From Zestosphaera tikiterensis (GTDB taxonomy: Archaea; Thermoproteota; Thermoprotei_A; Sulfolobales; NBVN01): a stretch of DNA of 32,000 nucleotides. The stretch is taken from NCBI GenBank assembly GCA_003056265.1, contig NBVN01000001.1, positions 30,001 through 62,000 of the forward strand, written 5' to 3'. The translations under genes were made by a program, and so were the position numbers. Shown in pieces: positions 1 to 8,880 of this stretch; position 1 is the stretch's first letter, and each line of letters opens with the position of its first letter. Below the pieces are notes generated by a model that had not been told where the DNA came from, did not search any database, and worked only from the letters and a program-made list of their open reading frames with translations.

Positions 1-34
1 GCGTGAGGACTTCCTCAAGAAGTGAGTGTATGGT

Positions 35-664
35 TTAAGGGCATTCAAAGTCTTCGAAGAGGTTTTTCTGTTCGTAAAGCAACATATACTCAGCGATTAA
101 CTTTACGTAGTCCTTAGGCAGTACTAACTCCCCATGCTCGTTAAGCGGGAATGCGTAAGGCAACTCGATCTCAAGCTCCACGTCCTTACTTAACTTCTTA
201 AGATGCTTAAGTCCTAATACATAAGGTATTTCACGAACCCTCCTTCCTTCCTCAACCTTCTTTACAACGTACGCTGCCCCAGCTATCGTGAATTGATGCG
301 GCCCTATATTCCTTGAGATTGCGTTAGGCATGCGTGAGGTTACGTATTTCCACGTCCTTCTTTCAGGTGGGTGGGCACCCATTATACCACCTATAACCAC
401 ATAATCTACGTCACTCAAGTCCTCAGGCTCGAGAACCTCCTCAGCTATAGGGTCTAAAACGATTGTTTTACTGTAACGCGCTAGGGATTCAGTAACTGAA
501 TCGCTTACAACCTCACCTAACTTAGATAGTACTTCAGCATGTTTAGGTTTAACCACGTTAGTGAAAACAACCCTACCCTTGAAAACTTCCGAAACGTATG
601 AATACTCCGTTAAAACCCAAGGGCTTAAGCAAGGCTCTAAATGCTCTACGACCACTTTAAACAA
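35..664 (-). CDS. SPOUT-like SAM-dependent methyltransferase family protein (DUF431/Sfm1-like)
   Basis: 209-aa ORF with a TTG start. N-terminal VVVEHLEP..W..EY and central VVIGGIMGAHPPERRT resemble the archaeal/eukaryal DUF431 family as I remember it. A TATA-like cttaaaataatg lies about 25 nt upstream on the minus strand. Confidence 0.5.
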   Translation of the reverse strand: MFKVVVEHLEPCLSPWVLTEYSYVSEVFKGRVVFTNVVKPKHAEVLSKLGEVVSDSVTESLARYSKTIVLDPIAEEVLEPEDLSDVDYVVIGGIMGAHPPERRTWKYVTSRMPNAISRNIGPHQFTIAGAAYVVKKVEEGRRVREIPYVLGLKHLKKLSKDVELEIELPYAFPLNEHGELVLPKDYVKLIAEYMLLYEQKNLFEDFECP

Positions 665-781
665 TCGCTTACCACACCCCCAAACATTATTTTAAGTCTA
701 CGTGTTAAAACGCTGTCGACGAAAATCTTATAAGCCTTCTTGCGTATATTGAGTGGGCATTTGAGTAAAGTATTTGAGGAT

Positions 782-1654
782 GTGGACGTAGCCGTAGGTA
801 AGTGCTCACACATTACTCACTCCCTCAACCATAGGGCTTCTATCAACACGTCGAGTGAGAGATTCCATAACTACCTGTTAAAACCTGCTGAGGTAGTAAG
901 TAATAAAAGATTAAGTGAGGGTTTATGGCGTGTTGAGATGCGACCCATCTCGAGAGAGTGTCTTAATGATGTAAAACCGCTTCAATTCTTCATGGTTTGG
1001 ATACCCTCATCTGATGAAATACCGTTGAGCGTCTCCGACTTAACTGAAGACACTATATCATTCATATATAAAGTTAGAGGTTTAGGTACGAAAGCTCTTT
1101 CTGCGTTGAGGCCGGGAAGCTTCGTAGGTTTGAAAGGGCCTTTAGGTAACGGGTTTGAAGTTAGTTATGTAAGGCCTTCCAGCAAGGCTTTAATCGTTGC
1201 CGGGGGGTCTGGAATAGCTCCGGTGCCTTACCTAATTAAGAAGTTAGCCGTTGCTAACGTTCAGGCAGACGTTGTTTGGGGCGTTAAGAGCGATGCTGAG
1301 CTTTTTAACTTAAGGGAGGTCCTCCCGGATCTTGACGTGCGGGTTTTCACAGCTACTGAAGACTGTAGTGCGGGTTACTGTGGTTTAGCGTCGCAATTAG
1401 CTGTGGAGTTACTTAACGAGTACGTCTACAGCGTTTTAATAGCGATTGGTCCTAAACCTATTTTAAGGAGTTTATGTTCGGTAAGGCTTAGCGGGGGTCT
1501 AGAGTTTTACGTAGCTCTTGAGGCTGTGGTTAAGTGTGGGTTAGGTGCGTGTGGGTCTTGCGTTTTAGAACCTACGGATAAGTTGCTATGTGTTGACGGG
1601 CCTGTCTTCAGGTGTGGAGATATCAAAGAACATTTGATGAAGGGCGGTAATTAA
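782..1654 (+). CDS. pyrK: dihydroorotate dehydrogenase (class 1B) electron-transfer subunit, FAD/NAD-binding with C-terminal 2Fe-2S
   Basis: Ferredoxin-reductase-like barrel plus GGSGIAP nucleotide-binding motif and a C-terminal CGLGACGSC...C cysteine cluster. The stop overlaps the pyrD ATG (TAATG). The start is uncertain: the ORF track opens at TTG 740, which lies inside the TATA-like cttataag at 728-735, so the in-frame GTG at 782 is used here. Confidence 0.8.
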   Translation: MDVAVGKCSHITHSLNHRASINTSSERFHNYLLKPAEVVSNKRLSEGLWRVEMRPISRECLNDVKPLQFFMVWIPSSDEIPLSVSDLTEDTISFIYKVRGLGTKALSALRPGSFVGLKGPLGNGFEVSYVRPSSKALIVAGGSGIAPVPYLIKKLAVANVQADVVWGVKSDAELFNLREVLPDLDVRVFTATEDCSAGYCGLASQLAVELLNEYVYSVLIAIGPKPILRSLCSVRLSGGLEFYVALEAVVKCGLGACGSCVLEPTDKLLCVDGPVFRCGDIKEHLMKGGN

Positions 1655-2577
1655 TGAGTGTGGGTGTAGATCTAACTACTTACGTTGCTGGGCTTAAGCT
1701 TAAACATCCTGTAATGAATTCCAGCGGTATTTTAGGGTCTACGCCGGAGCATGTGGAGAGGCTTTTTAAGTATGGCGTATCCGCGGTAGTCTCGAAAACT
1801 ATGACGAAGGGGTTTAGAGTAGGTCATGAACCACCTATAATAATCGCTTTAGAAGGTGAGGGTCTTTTAAACTCCGTAGGCTTAGCGAATCCAGGCATTT
1901 CAGGAATCCCACCTATAGTTCGTAAAGCTAAGGAGTTAAACATTCCCGTCATAGTTAGCGTTGGCGGGAGTGAAGTTCAGGAGTTTATAGATGTTGCTTC
2001 AGTTGCTGAGGAAAGCGGTGCTGACGCTGTAGAGCTTAACTTAAGCTGCCCTCACACTAAGGGGTATGGAATCGACATAGGTTCAGACCCAAACAACGTT
2101 TATGAAGTTGTTAAGGCGGTGTCTTCAACGATTAAGATACCGGTGCTAGCTAAGTTGGGGTTAAGCGATAACGTAGTTAAATCCGCTGGTAAAGCCTTAG
2201 AAGGCGGTGCTAAAGCTTTAACTTTGATTAACACCGTTAAATCGGTAGCTATAGACGTTTTCTCATGTAAGCCTGTATTTAAGAACGTTTACGGAGGCCT
2301 TTCAGGGACTCCAATACATCCAATAGCTGTTAGAGTAGTGTATGACGTGTATAAAGAGCTTAAACCCGAGATAGTAGGTGTTGGCGGGGTTTCAGACTGG
2401 AAAACCGCTGCCGAAATGATTTTAGCCGGTAGTTCAGCTGTTCAAATCGGTACTGCTTTCATCCTTAAAGACAGTCGTAAATTAGTTCATGACATAGTTG
2501 AAGGGCTTAAAGAATGGCTGATTAAATTAGGGCTGAAAAACATATGTGAAGCGATAGGCCTCACACATAAAGCTTAA
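1654..2577 (+). CDS. pyrD: dihydroorotate dehydrogenase catalytic subunit (class 1B)
   Basis: 307 aa. Typical class 1 DHODH motifs are present (NSSGILG, ELNLSCPHT, GGLSG.PI.P.A, GVGGV). It is translationally coupled to pyrK. Confidence 0.9.
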   Translation: MSVGVDLTTYVAGLKLKHPVMNSSGILGSTPEHVERLFKYGVSAVVSKTMTKGFRVGHEPPIIIALEGEGLLNSVGLANPGISGIPPIVRKAKELNIPVIVSVGGSEVQEFIDVASVAEESGADAVELNLSCPHTKGYGIDIGSDPNNVYEVVKAVSSTIKIPVLAKLGLSDNVVKSAGKALEGGAKALTLINTVKSVAIDVFSCKPVFKNVYGGLSGTPIHPIAVRVVYDVYKELKPEIVGVGGVSDWKTAAEMILAGSSAVQIGTAFILKDSRKLVHDIVEGLKEWLIKLGLKNICEAIGLTHKA

Positions 2578-2760
2578 ACATACTTAACAACCGTGAAATA
2601 CCACGTCTAAAAAGTTCGTTACGACCTTACGTAGGTTGCAGTAGCTCAGGATATTAATTACGTCGTAGTAGATCATATTCTGATCATTAGCTAAAGACTT
2701 CATTAAGTAAGTATGTTGAGGACGGTACTTAAACACAACGCTTATTACTTTTCCTATAGT

Positions 2761-2914
2761 GCTGACGGCCCCTGCTGTTTATGGCAGGGGTTCTCCCCCT
2801 AGGGCTTCCATCACCGTTCTGAAGCCCCTCACCGGGGGCGCATCACCCATCAGTTCCCGCCGCCAGCTTCGGGAAGGTGTGGGACTCATCCCTATTACGG
2901 TTGCCCACACCCAA
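2761..2914 (-). ncRNA. unclassified GC-rich structured RNA candidate with a K-loop-like (L7Ae-type) motif
   Basis: A GC-dense block with no ORF sits inside an AT-rich 420-nt spacer. It has three hairpins: 2769-2775/2784-2790 (7 bp); a composite 2795-2799 + 2802-2808 / 2821-2827 + 2834-2838; and 2876-2883/2904-2911 (8 bp). On the minus strand the middle hairpin reads GGGCU-UCA-GA...GA-AGCCC, which fits K-turn/K-loop geometry. TTTATAA at 2938-2944 lies about 24 nt upstream of the minus-strand 5' edge. Class and strand are both tentative. Confidence 0.4.
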
Positions 2915-2997
2915 CACAAAAAACATTAAACACAAACTTATAAACTTTACCCCACCTTAAAAGGCGGAGCCTCAAACAGGTGGTGAGTGGTTGAGGC

Positions 2998-3507
2998 ATG
3001 TCTAGTTTGACGTTTAGTGAGTTTGTGTATGTTGTTTTGCTTGCTTTACTACCTGTATCTGAGGTTAGAGGTGCTATACCTCTGGCTTACTACATAGCTA
3101 GCGATGGATTACTCAGATCTTATCTTGTCGTGGCTTCTGTCTTAGCCAATTGCTTACTGCCCGTGATTCTCGTGCCTACTTTAAAATATTTAGAAGGCCT
3201 GCTGATTCGCTTAGGTAGGCATAATGGGTTAATAGCGCGTTTTGTTGACTTGTATATGGCCGTAGTCAGGGATGCTAGGAGGAGGTCTCGAAAGTACTTA
3301 GATAGGTGGGGTTATTTAGGACTTACGGTATTCGTCGCCATCCCCTTACCGGGCACCGGAGCTTGGACGGGTTCTTTAGTAGCGTATGTCTTCGACCTCA
3401 ACAAAGCTAAGTCTATACTATCGATAGTGGTTGGCGTTATCATCGCTTCAGCCCTCGTGATTCTCGCTATGGAGGGCGTGCTATCTTTTCTGAAGGTGTT
3501 CCTTTAA
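2998..3507 (+). CDS. small multi-pass membrane protein (COG2426 / putative small multidrug-export family-like)
   Basis: 169 aa with about 4-5 hydrophobic segments. N-terminal LLALLPVSEVRGAIPLA and the later IPLPGTGAWTGSLVA resemble that family. An SD-like ggtggtgag lies upstream of the ATG. Confidence 0.5.
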   Translation: MSSLTFSEFVYVVLLALLPVSEVRGAIPLAYYIASDGLLRSYLVVASVLANCLLPVILVPTLKYLEGLLIRLGRHNGLIARFVDLYMAVVRDARRRSRKYLDRWGYLGLTVFVAIPLPGTGAWTGSLVAYVFDLNKAKSILSIVVGVIIASALVILAMEGVLSFLKVFL

Positions 3508-3544
3508 GCTACGTAACCCAATAATTGTTGGTGGGTAGAGCTAG

Positions 3545-5878
3545 TTGATTACAGTTAGGTTGTTAGTTGACGGGATAGTTCAGGGGGTTGGTTTCAGACC
3601 TTTCGTTCATAGGCTAGCGTTAAAGGCAGGCGTTAAAGGCTACGTTAAAAACGTCGGCGGGTCTGAAGTAGAGATAGTGGTTCAAGGGTCTGAACTTGAA
3701 GTACGTAACTTCATTGATGGCTTACTTAAGGAAAGACCTCCGACCGCGGTTATCGATGGTTTAGAGGTTGAGGTACTTCAAGACGCCGGAGTTTTCAACG
3801 GGTTTAACATACTTAAAAGCGAATCTAAAGCTCTTAAGAGATCTATGATCCCGCCGGACTTCGCCATATGCGAGCACTGCCTCGCCGAGGTTTTAAACCC
3901 TAAAGACCGAAGGTATAGGTACCCGTTTAACTCATGCGCGTGGTGCGGACCTAGGTACTCGATGATGTATAGAGTGCCTTACGACAGGGAAAACACAGCT
4001 ATGGGTAAATACCCGCTTTGCGATGAATGCTTAAGAGAATATAGTAATGTTGAAGATTTAAGGAGGTATCACGCGCAAGGCATTAGCTGCCCTGCCGACG
4101 GACCTAAACTTTGGCTTACGGATAACTTAGGGGCTGAGGTTAAATGCGACGACCCTTTGAAGGAAGCCGCTAAGCTGATTGACGAGGGATTTATATTAGC
4201 TGTTAAGGGGTTGGGAGGGTACCACATAGCTGCGTTGGCTACGGACGACGACGTAGTTCTTAAACTACGTAGGAGGAAGAGTAGGCCTACAAAACCCTTT
4301 GCGGTGATGGGGCTTGACGTTAGAACCTTAAGTAAGTTGGTAGTTATAACGCCTGAAGCTGTTGAGATTCTTAACTCGCCTGAAAGGCCTATAGTGCTCT
4401 TACCTAAAGCTGAAGGAAGCCCTGTATCGAAGTACGTATCCCCGGGTATGGACGTTGAAGGTGTTTTCACACCTTATACAGCACTGCATTACCTGCTTCT
4501 AATGGAGACTAAAGACAAGTTCTTAATCATGACTAGCGGGAACCCGAAGGGTAAGCCGATGTGTGTGAGTGAGGAGTGCGTTTATGAGAAACTCTCAAGG
4601 TATGTTGATTACGTCCTAGTGCATGATAGAGAGATAGTTAATCGAGTTGACGACTCTGTTGTGAGGTTTACCGACGGTGAGAAAGTCCTCATAAGGAGGG
4701 GGCGGGGCTACGCCCCTAAATGGGTTAAAGTAGGTGTTAACATCCCTAAGGATGTAATAGCTTTCGGTGCTGAGCTACAGTCAGCAGGTGCTGTAGGCTT
4801 TGAGGATAAGGTGGTTTTAACTCAATACATAGGTGATGTAGACGATCTAGACACGTTGGAAGACTTAAGTAGGTATCTAAAGTTCCTCTTAAGTAGTTAT
4901 AAGGTAAACGTTAAGGAAGCCGTTGTGGCTGTTGATAAACACCCAGAATACAACTCAAGCAGGTTGGGGAGGTTTTTCGCAAGTGAGAACGGCCTTAAGG
5001 TTTTTGAAATTCAACATCACTACGCCCACGCATTAGCTACTATGGCGGATAGGAAGATCTTAGGTAAGCCGGTGGCGGCAGTCGTAGTTGATGGAGTGGG
5101 GTACGGCGATGACGGGGGTATATGGGGTGGCGAAGTTCTCTACATAGATGAAGACCTGAAATACCGCAGGATAGGGCACCTTCAATACCTGCCTTTCGTA
5201 GGGGACGAATCCACGTACAGACCGGCTAGATACTTAGTCACTGCGTTGCTTAAGATCCTAAACCACGATGAGGTGGTGGAGCTTTCTAAGAAATACGGCT
5301 TCGTCAAAGGTCTTAATAGCGTTGAAGAGGTTTTACTGCTTCAGACGATGCTGAAGAATGGTAGATACGTAAACTCGTCGTCCACCGGTAGGTTTTTAGA
5401 CGCTTTCTCAGCCCTGCTTGGGGTTTGCTATTTAAGGACTTACGAAGGTGAACCGGCAATATCCCTTGAAGCCTTCTCCAGAGGTGGTGTGGTCTTGAAA
5501 GAGTTGATGGATAGCTACACTATAGAGTATGGAGATGATGCTTACGTAGTTAATCTCCTTAAGTTCTTTAAGGCCGTCGTTAACGACTTAAGCACGTACT
5601 TAGGAAGTGAGTTAATGAAGAAGTCCTTAGCCCTCACGACTCAATACGGTCTTGGCTACTCTTTAGGAACTATCGTCGCTAAAGCATTAGATAAGGGCGT
5701 TATCAACGTAAATCATCTAGTCTTAGGTGGGGGAGCCGCCGTCAACGACTACTTAGTGAAGGGGGTTAAGGCAGCTTTAAAAGACTATTCGATAAAAACA
5801 CTTCTTCCGAGGGAAATACCCCCTAACGATGGAGGCATCCCCTTAGGGCAGGTAATAGGTACAATCCCATACCTATAA
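3545..5878 (+). CDS. hypF: [NiFe] hydrogenase maturation carbamoyltransferase HypF
   Basis: 777 aa. It has an N-terminal acylphosphatase-like domain (VQGVGFRPFV), two zinc-finger pairs (CxxC...CxxC, twice), a YrdC-like domain (KGLGGYH.A) and a C-terminal Kae1/ASKHA-like domain. The start is TTG. Confidence 0.93.
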   Translation: MITVRLLVDGIVQGVGFRPFVHRLALKAGVKGYVKNVGGSEVEIVVQGSELEVRNFIDGLLKERPPTAVIDGLEVEVLQDAGVFNGFNILKSESKALKRSMIPPDFAICEHCLAEVLNPKDRRYRYPFNSCAWCGPRYSMMYRVPYDRENTAMGKYPLCDECLREYSNVEDLRRYHAQGISCPADGPKLWLTDNLGAEVKCDDPLKEAAKLIDEGFILAVKGLGGYHIAALATDDDVVLKLRRRKSRPTKPFAVMGLDVRTLSKLVVITPEAVEILNSPERPIVLLPKAEGSPVSKYVSPGMDVEGVFTPYTALHYLLLMETKDKFLIMTSGNPKGKPMCVSEECVYEKLSRYVDYVLVHDREIVNRVDDSVVRFTDGEKVLIRRGRGYAPKWVKVGVNIPKDVIAFGAELQSAGAVGFEDKVVLTQYIGDVDDLDTLEDLSRYLKFLLSSYKVNVKEAVVAVDKHPEYNSSRLGRFFASENGLKVFEIQHHYAHALATMADRKILGKPVAAVVVDGVGYGDDGGIWGGEVLYIDEDLKYRRIGHLQYLPFVGDESTYRPARYLVTALLKILNHDEVVELSKKYGFVKGLNSVEEVLLLQTMLKNGRYVNSSSTGRFLDAFSALLGVCYLRTYEGEPAISLEAFSRGGVVLKELMDSYTIEYGDDAYVVNLLKFFKAVVNDLSTYLGSELMKKSLALTTQYGLGYSLGTIVAKALDKGVINVNHLVLGGGAAVNDYLVKGVKAALKDYSIKTLLPREIPPNDGGIPLGQVIGTIPYL

Positions 5879-6090
5879 ATCTTTCAGTCTTTTTCTATTG
5901 CTTCAGGTTATTATTTGGCGTAGGGGTATTTAAATCAGTCTCCCTAAAGATTTAAACTTGAGTGCGTGGTTTTAATAAACACTACGAAGTTAAAGAACCG
6001 TTGAATTACGGGGTTAATAGCTACTTTACTGATTAGATCAGTCTTAATTTTATTGCGAGTTAGGAAATAGCAGTTTTATATCTAAACATG

Positions 6091-6098
6091 TATAAAAT
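6091..6098 (+). promoter_or_regulatory. TATA box of the hydrogenase (mbh-like) operon
   Basis: tataaaat ends 25 nt before the ATG at 6123. No SD sequence lies in between, which is consistent with a leaderless or very short-leader archaeal transcript. Confidence 0.5.
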
Positions 6099-6122
6099 AC
6101 GGATGTCGGGGTTTAAGCAACT

Positions 6123-6584
6123 ATGGATAGGGTAAAAATAGTAAAATATTCGCCGTGGCTCGTGCATTTTAACACGGGCGCGTGCAACGGATGCGATATT
6201 GAGGTGTTAGCGGCTATTACCCCACATTACGACCCTGAAAGATTTGGGGTTAAGTTAGCACCGTCTGTTAGGCATGGGGATGTCCTCATAGTTACTGGGG
6301 CTGTAACTAAGAAAGCTGGTGAGCGTTTAAAGAGGCTTTATGAGCAGATGCCAGAACCTAAGTTTGTGGTTGCTGTCGGTGCTTGTGCTTGCTCCGGCGG
6401 GGTTTTTTCCGGTTCGTACTCTGTCTTAGCAGGTGCTGATAAAGTAGTTAAGGTTGATATGTATATTCCGGGATGTCCTCCAAGACCTGAAGCGATACTT
6501 GACGGTATAGTTAAGCTGCTTAAGAAGTTAGATGGTGGGGAAGGAGGCGAGGGCGGTGATGGAAAGCCTTCAGGAAGTGCTTAA
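6123..6584 (+). CDS. mbhJ: group 4 [NiFe] hydrogenase small subunit (NuoB/MbhJ-like, one 4Fe-4S)
   Basis: Contains CNGCDIE, GACACSGG and PGCPPRPE motifs. The C-terminus carries a Gly/Glu-rich tail. Confidence 0.9.
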   Translation: MDRVKIVKYSPWLVHFNTGACNGCDIEVLAAITPHYDPERFGVKLAPSVRHGDVLIVTGAVTKKAGERLKRLYEQMPEPKFVVAVGACACSGGVFSGSYSVLAGADKVVKVDMYIPGCPPRPEAILDGIVKLLKKLDGGEGGEGGDGKPSGSA

Positions 6585-7002
6585 AGACTACGCGTTGTCG
6601 ACGTATAATATGAAACCAAGTAGGGTTGTTATTGAGGTTAAGCCTGAGAATGTTAGGGAAGTGTTTACGAAGCTCGTTAGCGTTTACGGAGCTGAAGGTC
6701 TTTACCTAGCTACTATAGTCGGCACGGACTTCCCCGATAAGAACTTAATAAGGGTTGACTACTTCGTGAACGTGTTTAGCGTTAACACGTATGTGGTTTT
6801 AAGGACTTACATACCTAGGGATGATCCACGCATCCCTTCATTGTTGGACATCGTTCCTGGAGCTTTAGCCGGTGAGCTCGAGACCTACGACCTTCTGGGG
6901 GTTGTCTTCGAAGGTAACCCATACTTAAGGAGGTCTTTCTTCGTGCCTAACGACATCTCCGAGAAGGGTATCTACCCTCTGAGGAAGGACTCAGGTGTTT
7001 AA
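6559..7002 (+). CDS. mbhK: hydrogenase NuoC/MbhK-like subunit
   Basis: The sequence has NuoC-like features (E.YDL.G..F.G.P), and the gene sits between the small and large subunits. ATG 6559 is preceded by GGAGG. The ORF track opens earlier, at 6532. Confidence 0.8.
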   Translation: MESLQEVLKDYALSTYNMKPSRVVIEVKPENVREVFTKLVSVYGAEGLYLATIVGTDFPDKNLIRVDYFVNVFSVNTYVVLRTYIPRDDPRIPSLLDIVPGALAGELETYDLLGVVFEGNPYLRRSFFVPNDISEKGIYPLRKDSGV

Positions 7003-8200
7003 CATGGTTGAAGCCACTCAAGTTATTAAAATCCCCTTAACTTTAGAGATACCTGTAGGGCCGCAGCACCCAGCGCTTCACGAACCTTTATTGCTTAAGC
7101 TATACGCCGACGGCGAGGAAATAGTTAAGGTTGATGTGATAACGGGCTACAACCACAGAGGTATTGAGAAGCTAGCTGAGAAGAACAGCTTCTTCAGGGA
7201 CATATTCATAGTTGGTAGGGTTTGCGGGATATGCAATACCGTACATGCGAACTGCTACGTTAGGGCTGTGGAGCAAATACTTGACGTTACACCACCTCAG
7301 AGAGCTAAGTATTTAAGGGTTTTAGCTATGGAGTTGGAGAGGATACATAGCCACCTCCTGATACTTGCCGTAACCGCGGAGATCGTGGGCTACGATACGC
7401 TCTTTATGTATATGATGAAGGATAGGGAATACGTGATGAAGGCTAAGGAGATACTGACTGGCGCCAGGGTTATGGCGGATTATATGATGGTTGGTGGTGT
7501 GAGGAGGGATTTAGACAGCGTTAAGGTTGAGAGGATCTTGGAAATCCTTAATAAAGTTGAAGAGAGGGTTAAACATTATTTGAAGGTGTTTCAAGAAGAC
7601 GTAACGCTTAATAAGAGGTTAGTCGGAGTCGGCGTTATAAAGCCTTCGGATGTCGTTAGCCATTCATTGGTGGGGCCGGTAGCCAGAGCCTCAGGCATTA
7701 AGACGGATATGAGAGCTCAAGACAGGTACGACGCCTACGATGAGATACCCTTCAACGTCGTGACGGATAAAGGCATGGATAACTACGCTAGGGCTATGGT
7801 TAGGTTTGGAGAGCTTTTCGAATCGATTAACATGTGTAGGTATATATTAACGCACTTACCTCAAGGTGAGGCAGTACCGGATGAGAGGAGGCTTCCTAGG
7901 AGGTTCCCAGCGGGTGAGTCCTACGCAACCGTTGAAGCCCCTAGAGGTGAGTTAACCTACTACGTAAGCAGTTCGGGAGCGGATAAGCCCTACAGAGTTA
8001 AGATAAGAACCCCCTCCCTCAACAACATAGTAAACTCCTCCTTTGCTTACTTAAATCACTACATAGCTGATGTACCCATAATATTTGCGAGTTTCGATCC
8101 CTGCATATCGTGTATGGAGAGAGCGACCGTAATCGATTTAAAGAGTAGGTCTGTGAGGGAAGTAACGCTTAAAGACTTAAGTAGGTGGGGGCTTAAATGA
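6995..8200 (+). CDS. mbhL: group 4 [NiFe] hydrogenase large (catalytic) subunit (NuoD/MbhL-like)
   Basis: Both NiFe-ligand motifs are present: N-terminal RVCGICNTVH and C-terminal DPCISCMER. A 25-aa extension follows. An alternative ATG start is at 7004. Confidence 0.93.
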   Translation: MFNMVEATQVIKIPLTLEIPVGPQHPALHEPLLLKLYADGEEIVKVDVITGYNHRGIEKLAEKNSFFRDIFIVGRVCGICNTVHANCYVRAVEQILDVTPPQRAKYLRVLAMELERIHSHLLILAVTAEIVGYDTLFMYMMKDREYVMKAKEILTGARVMADYMMVGGVRRDLDSVKVERILEILNKVEERVKHYLKVFQEDVTLNKRLVGVGVIKPSDVVSHSLVGPVARASGIKTDMRAQDRYDAYDEIPFNVVTDKGMDNYARAMVRFGELFESINMCRYILTHLPQGEAVPDERRLPRRFPAGESYATVEAPRGELTYYVSSSGADKPYRVKIRTPSLNNIVNSSFAYLNHYIADVPIIFASFDPCISCMERATVIDLKSRSVREVTLKDLSRWGLK

Positions 8201-8604
8201 GGGTATCGCTACTTAAGGAGGTTTTAAAAGGTATTTTCAGTAAGCCGGTGACTATAGAATATCCTAAAGTGCGGACTCAAGTTGAGGTAGATGCTAGAGG
8301 AAGGCATTACGCAGACTTAAATAAATGCATAGGTTGTTCTTTATGCGCTATAGAATGTCCGGCAAACGCTATAGTGATGGAGAAGATCCCCGAAGGTTAT
8401 GAAGTGCCTAAAACAAACGCTAGGCGGATTTACCCAGTAGTGGATTACTTTAAATGCGTTTACTGCTATAGATGTGTGACCGTATGCCCTACGAAAGCAT
8501 ACATAACGACGAGCGAGTATAGACTAGCGACGTCAGCTAAGGCGGAATCTAGGGTTTTATCCCTTAACACTATAGCTAAAGCTGAGGTGAAGCCTGTTGG
8601 ATGA
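8197..8604 (+). CDS. mbhN: 2x[4Fe-4S] ferredoxin-like subunit (NuoI/MbhN-like)
   Basis: CIGCSLCAIECP and CVYCYRCVTVCP motifs. ATGA overlap with the large-subunit stop. Confidence 0.88.
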   Translation: MRVSLLKEVLKGIFSKPVTIEYPKVRTQVEVDARGRHYADLNKCIGCSLCAIECPANAIVMEKIPEGYEVPKTNARRIYPVVDYFKCVYCYRCVTVCPTKAYITTSEYRLATSAKAESRVLSLNTIAKAEVKPVG

Positions 8605-8878
8605 GAACGTCTTACTCAACATGATACTGTATGCTCTACCTGTTTACCTCCTTGCGTTCCTCCTCTACGTGGTTAGAGCCGTTAAAGGACCTACCATTCC
8701 AGATATGGTCTTAGCTGTTGACGCGTTAAGTTATGACCTAGCTGCCTTCCTAGCGATACTAGCCGTCGTGTTTAAAATACCAATTCTCATTCCCGTGGCT
8801 ATAGTGCTGGCTCTATGGATCTACGCCTTAGATATTTACGTAGCTAAATACCTAGAGTCGAAGGAGATGGGTGAGTAG
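8597..8878 (+). CDS. mbhB: MrpF/MbhB-like antiporter membrane subunit
   Basis: 93 aa with 3 TM segments. TTG start 7 nt after gctgaggtga. Assignment rests on position and size within the Mrp module. Confidence 0.7.
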   Translation: MDENVLLNMILYALPVYLLAFLLYVVRAVKGPTIPDMVLAVDALSYDLAAFLAILAVVFKIPILIPVAIVLALWIYALDIYVAKYLESKEMGE

Positions 8879-8880
8879 GT

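Noticed and set aside
1-25. Possible 3' end of a plus-strand gene (...REDFLKK*) at the window edge.
   Set aside because: Only 8 codons are visible, so it cannot be identified or supported.
2761-2914. Whether the GC-rich element is a tRNA, 5S rRNA, SRP RNA, RNase P RNA, canonical C/D or H/ACA sRNA, or a small peptide gene.
   Set aside because: There is no T-loop GTTCAAATC or cloverleaf. There is no 5S-like or SRP helix-8 GGAAG..AGCAGC motif, and no RNase P GGAAAGUCC / ACAGAA..CGGCUUA pair. C-box-like GUGAUG copies lack correctly spaced CUGA D boxes. The hairpin pocket-to-ANA spacing is wrong for H/ACA. The longest ORF is about 13 codons. I therefore left it unclassified.
4069-4470. 133-aa minus-strand ORF inside hypF. 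Similar antisense ORFs occur at 9504-9704, 12381-12587, 13638-14303, 15470-17728 (several), 19446-20162, 22073-22656, 23749-24024, 25271-26281, 28965-29150 and 31176-31364.
   Set aside because: All lie fully inside, and antisense to, CDSs with strong family motifs. Their translations are Ser/Thr/Leu/Pro-rich low-complexity mirror sequences with no recognisable domains.
5980-6010. SurR-like GTTn3AAC site in the mbh upstream region (gttaaagaaccgttgaa).
   Set aside because: The spacing does not fit: the sequence is GTT-n4-AAC. SurR is a Thermococcales regulator, and there is no evidence that it applies here.
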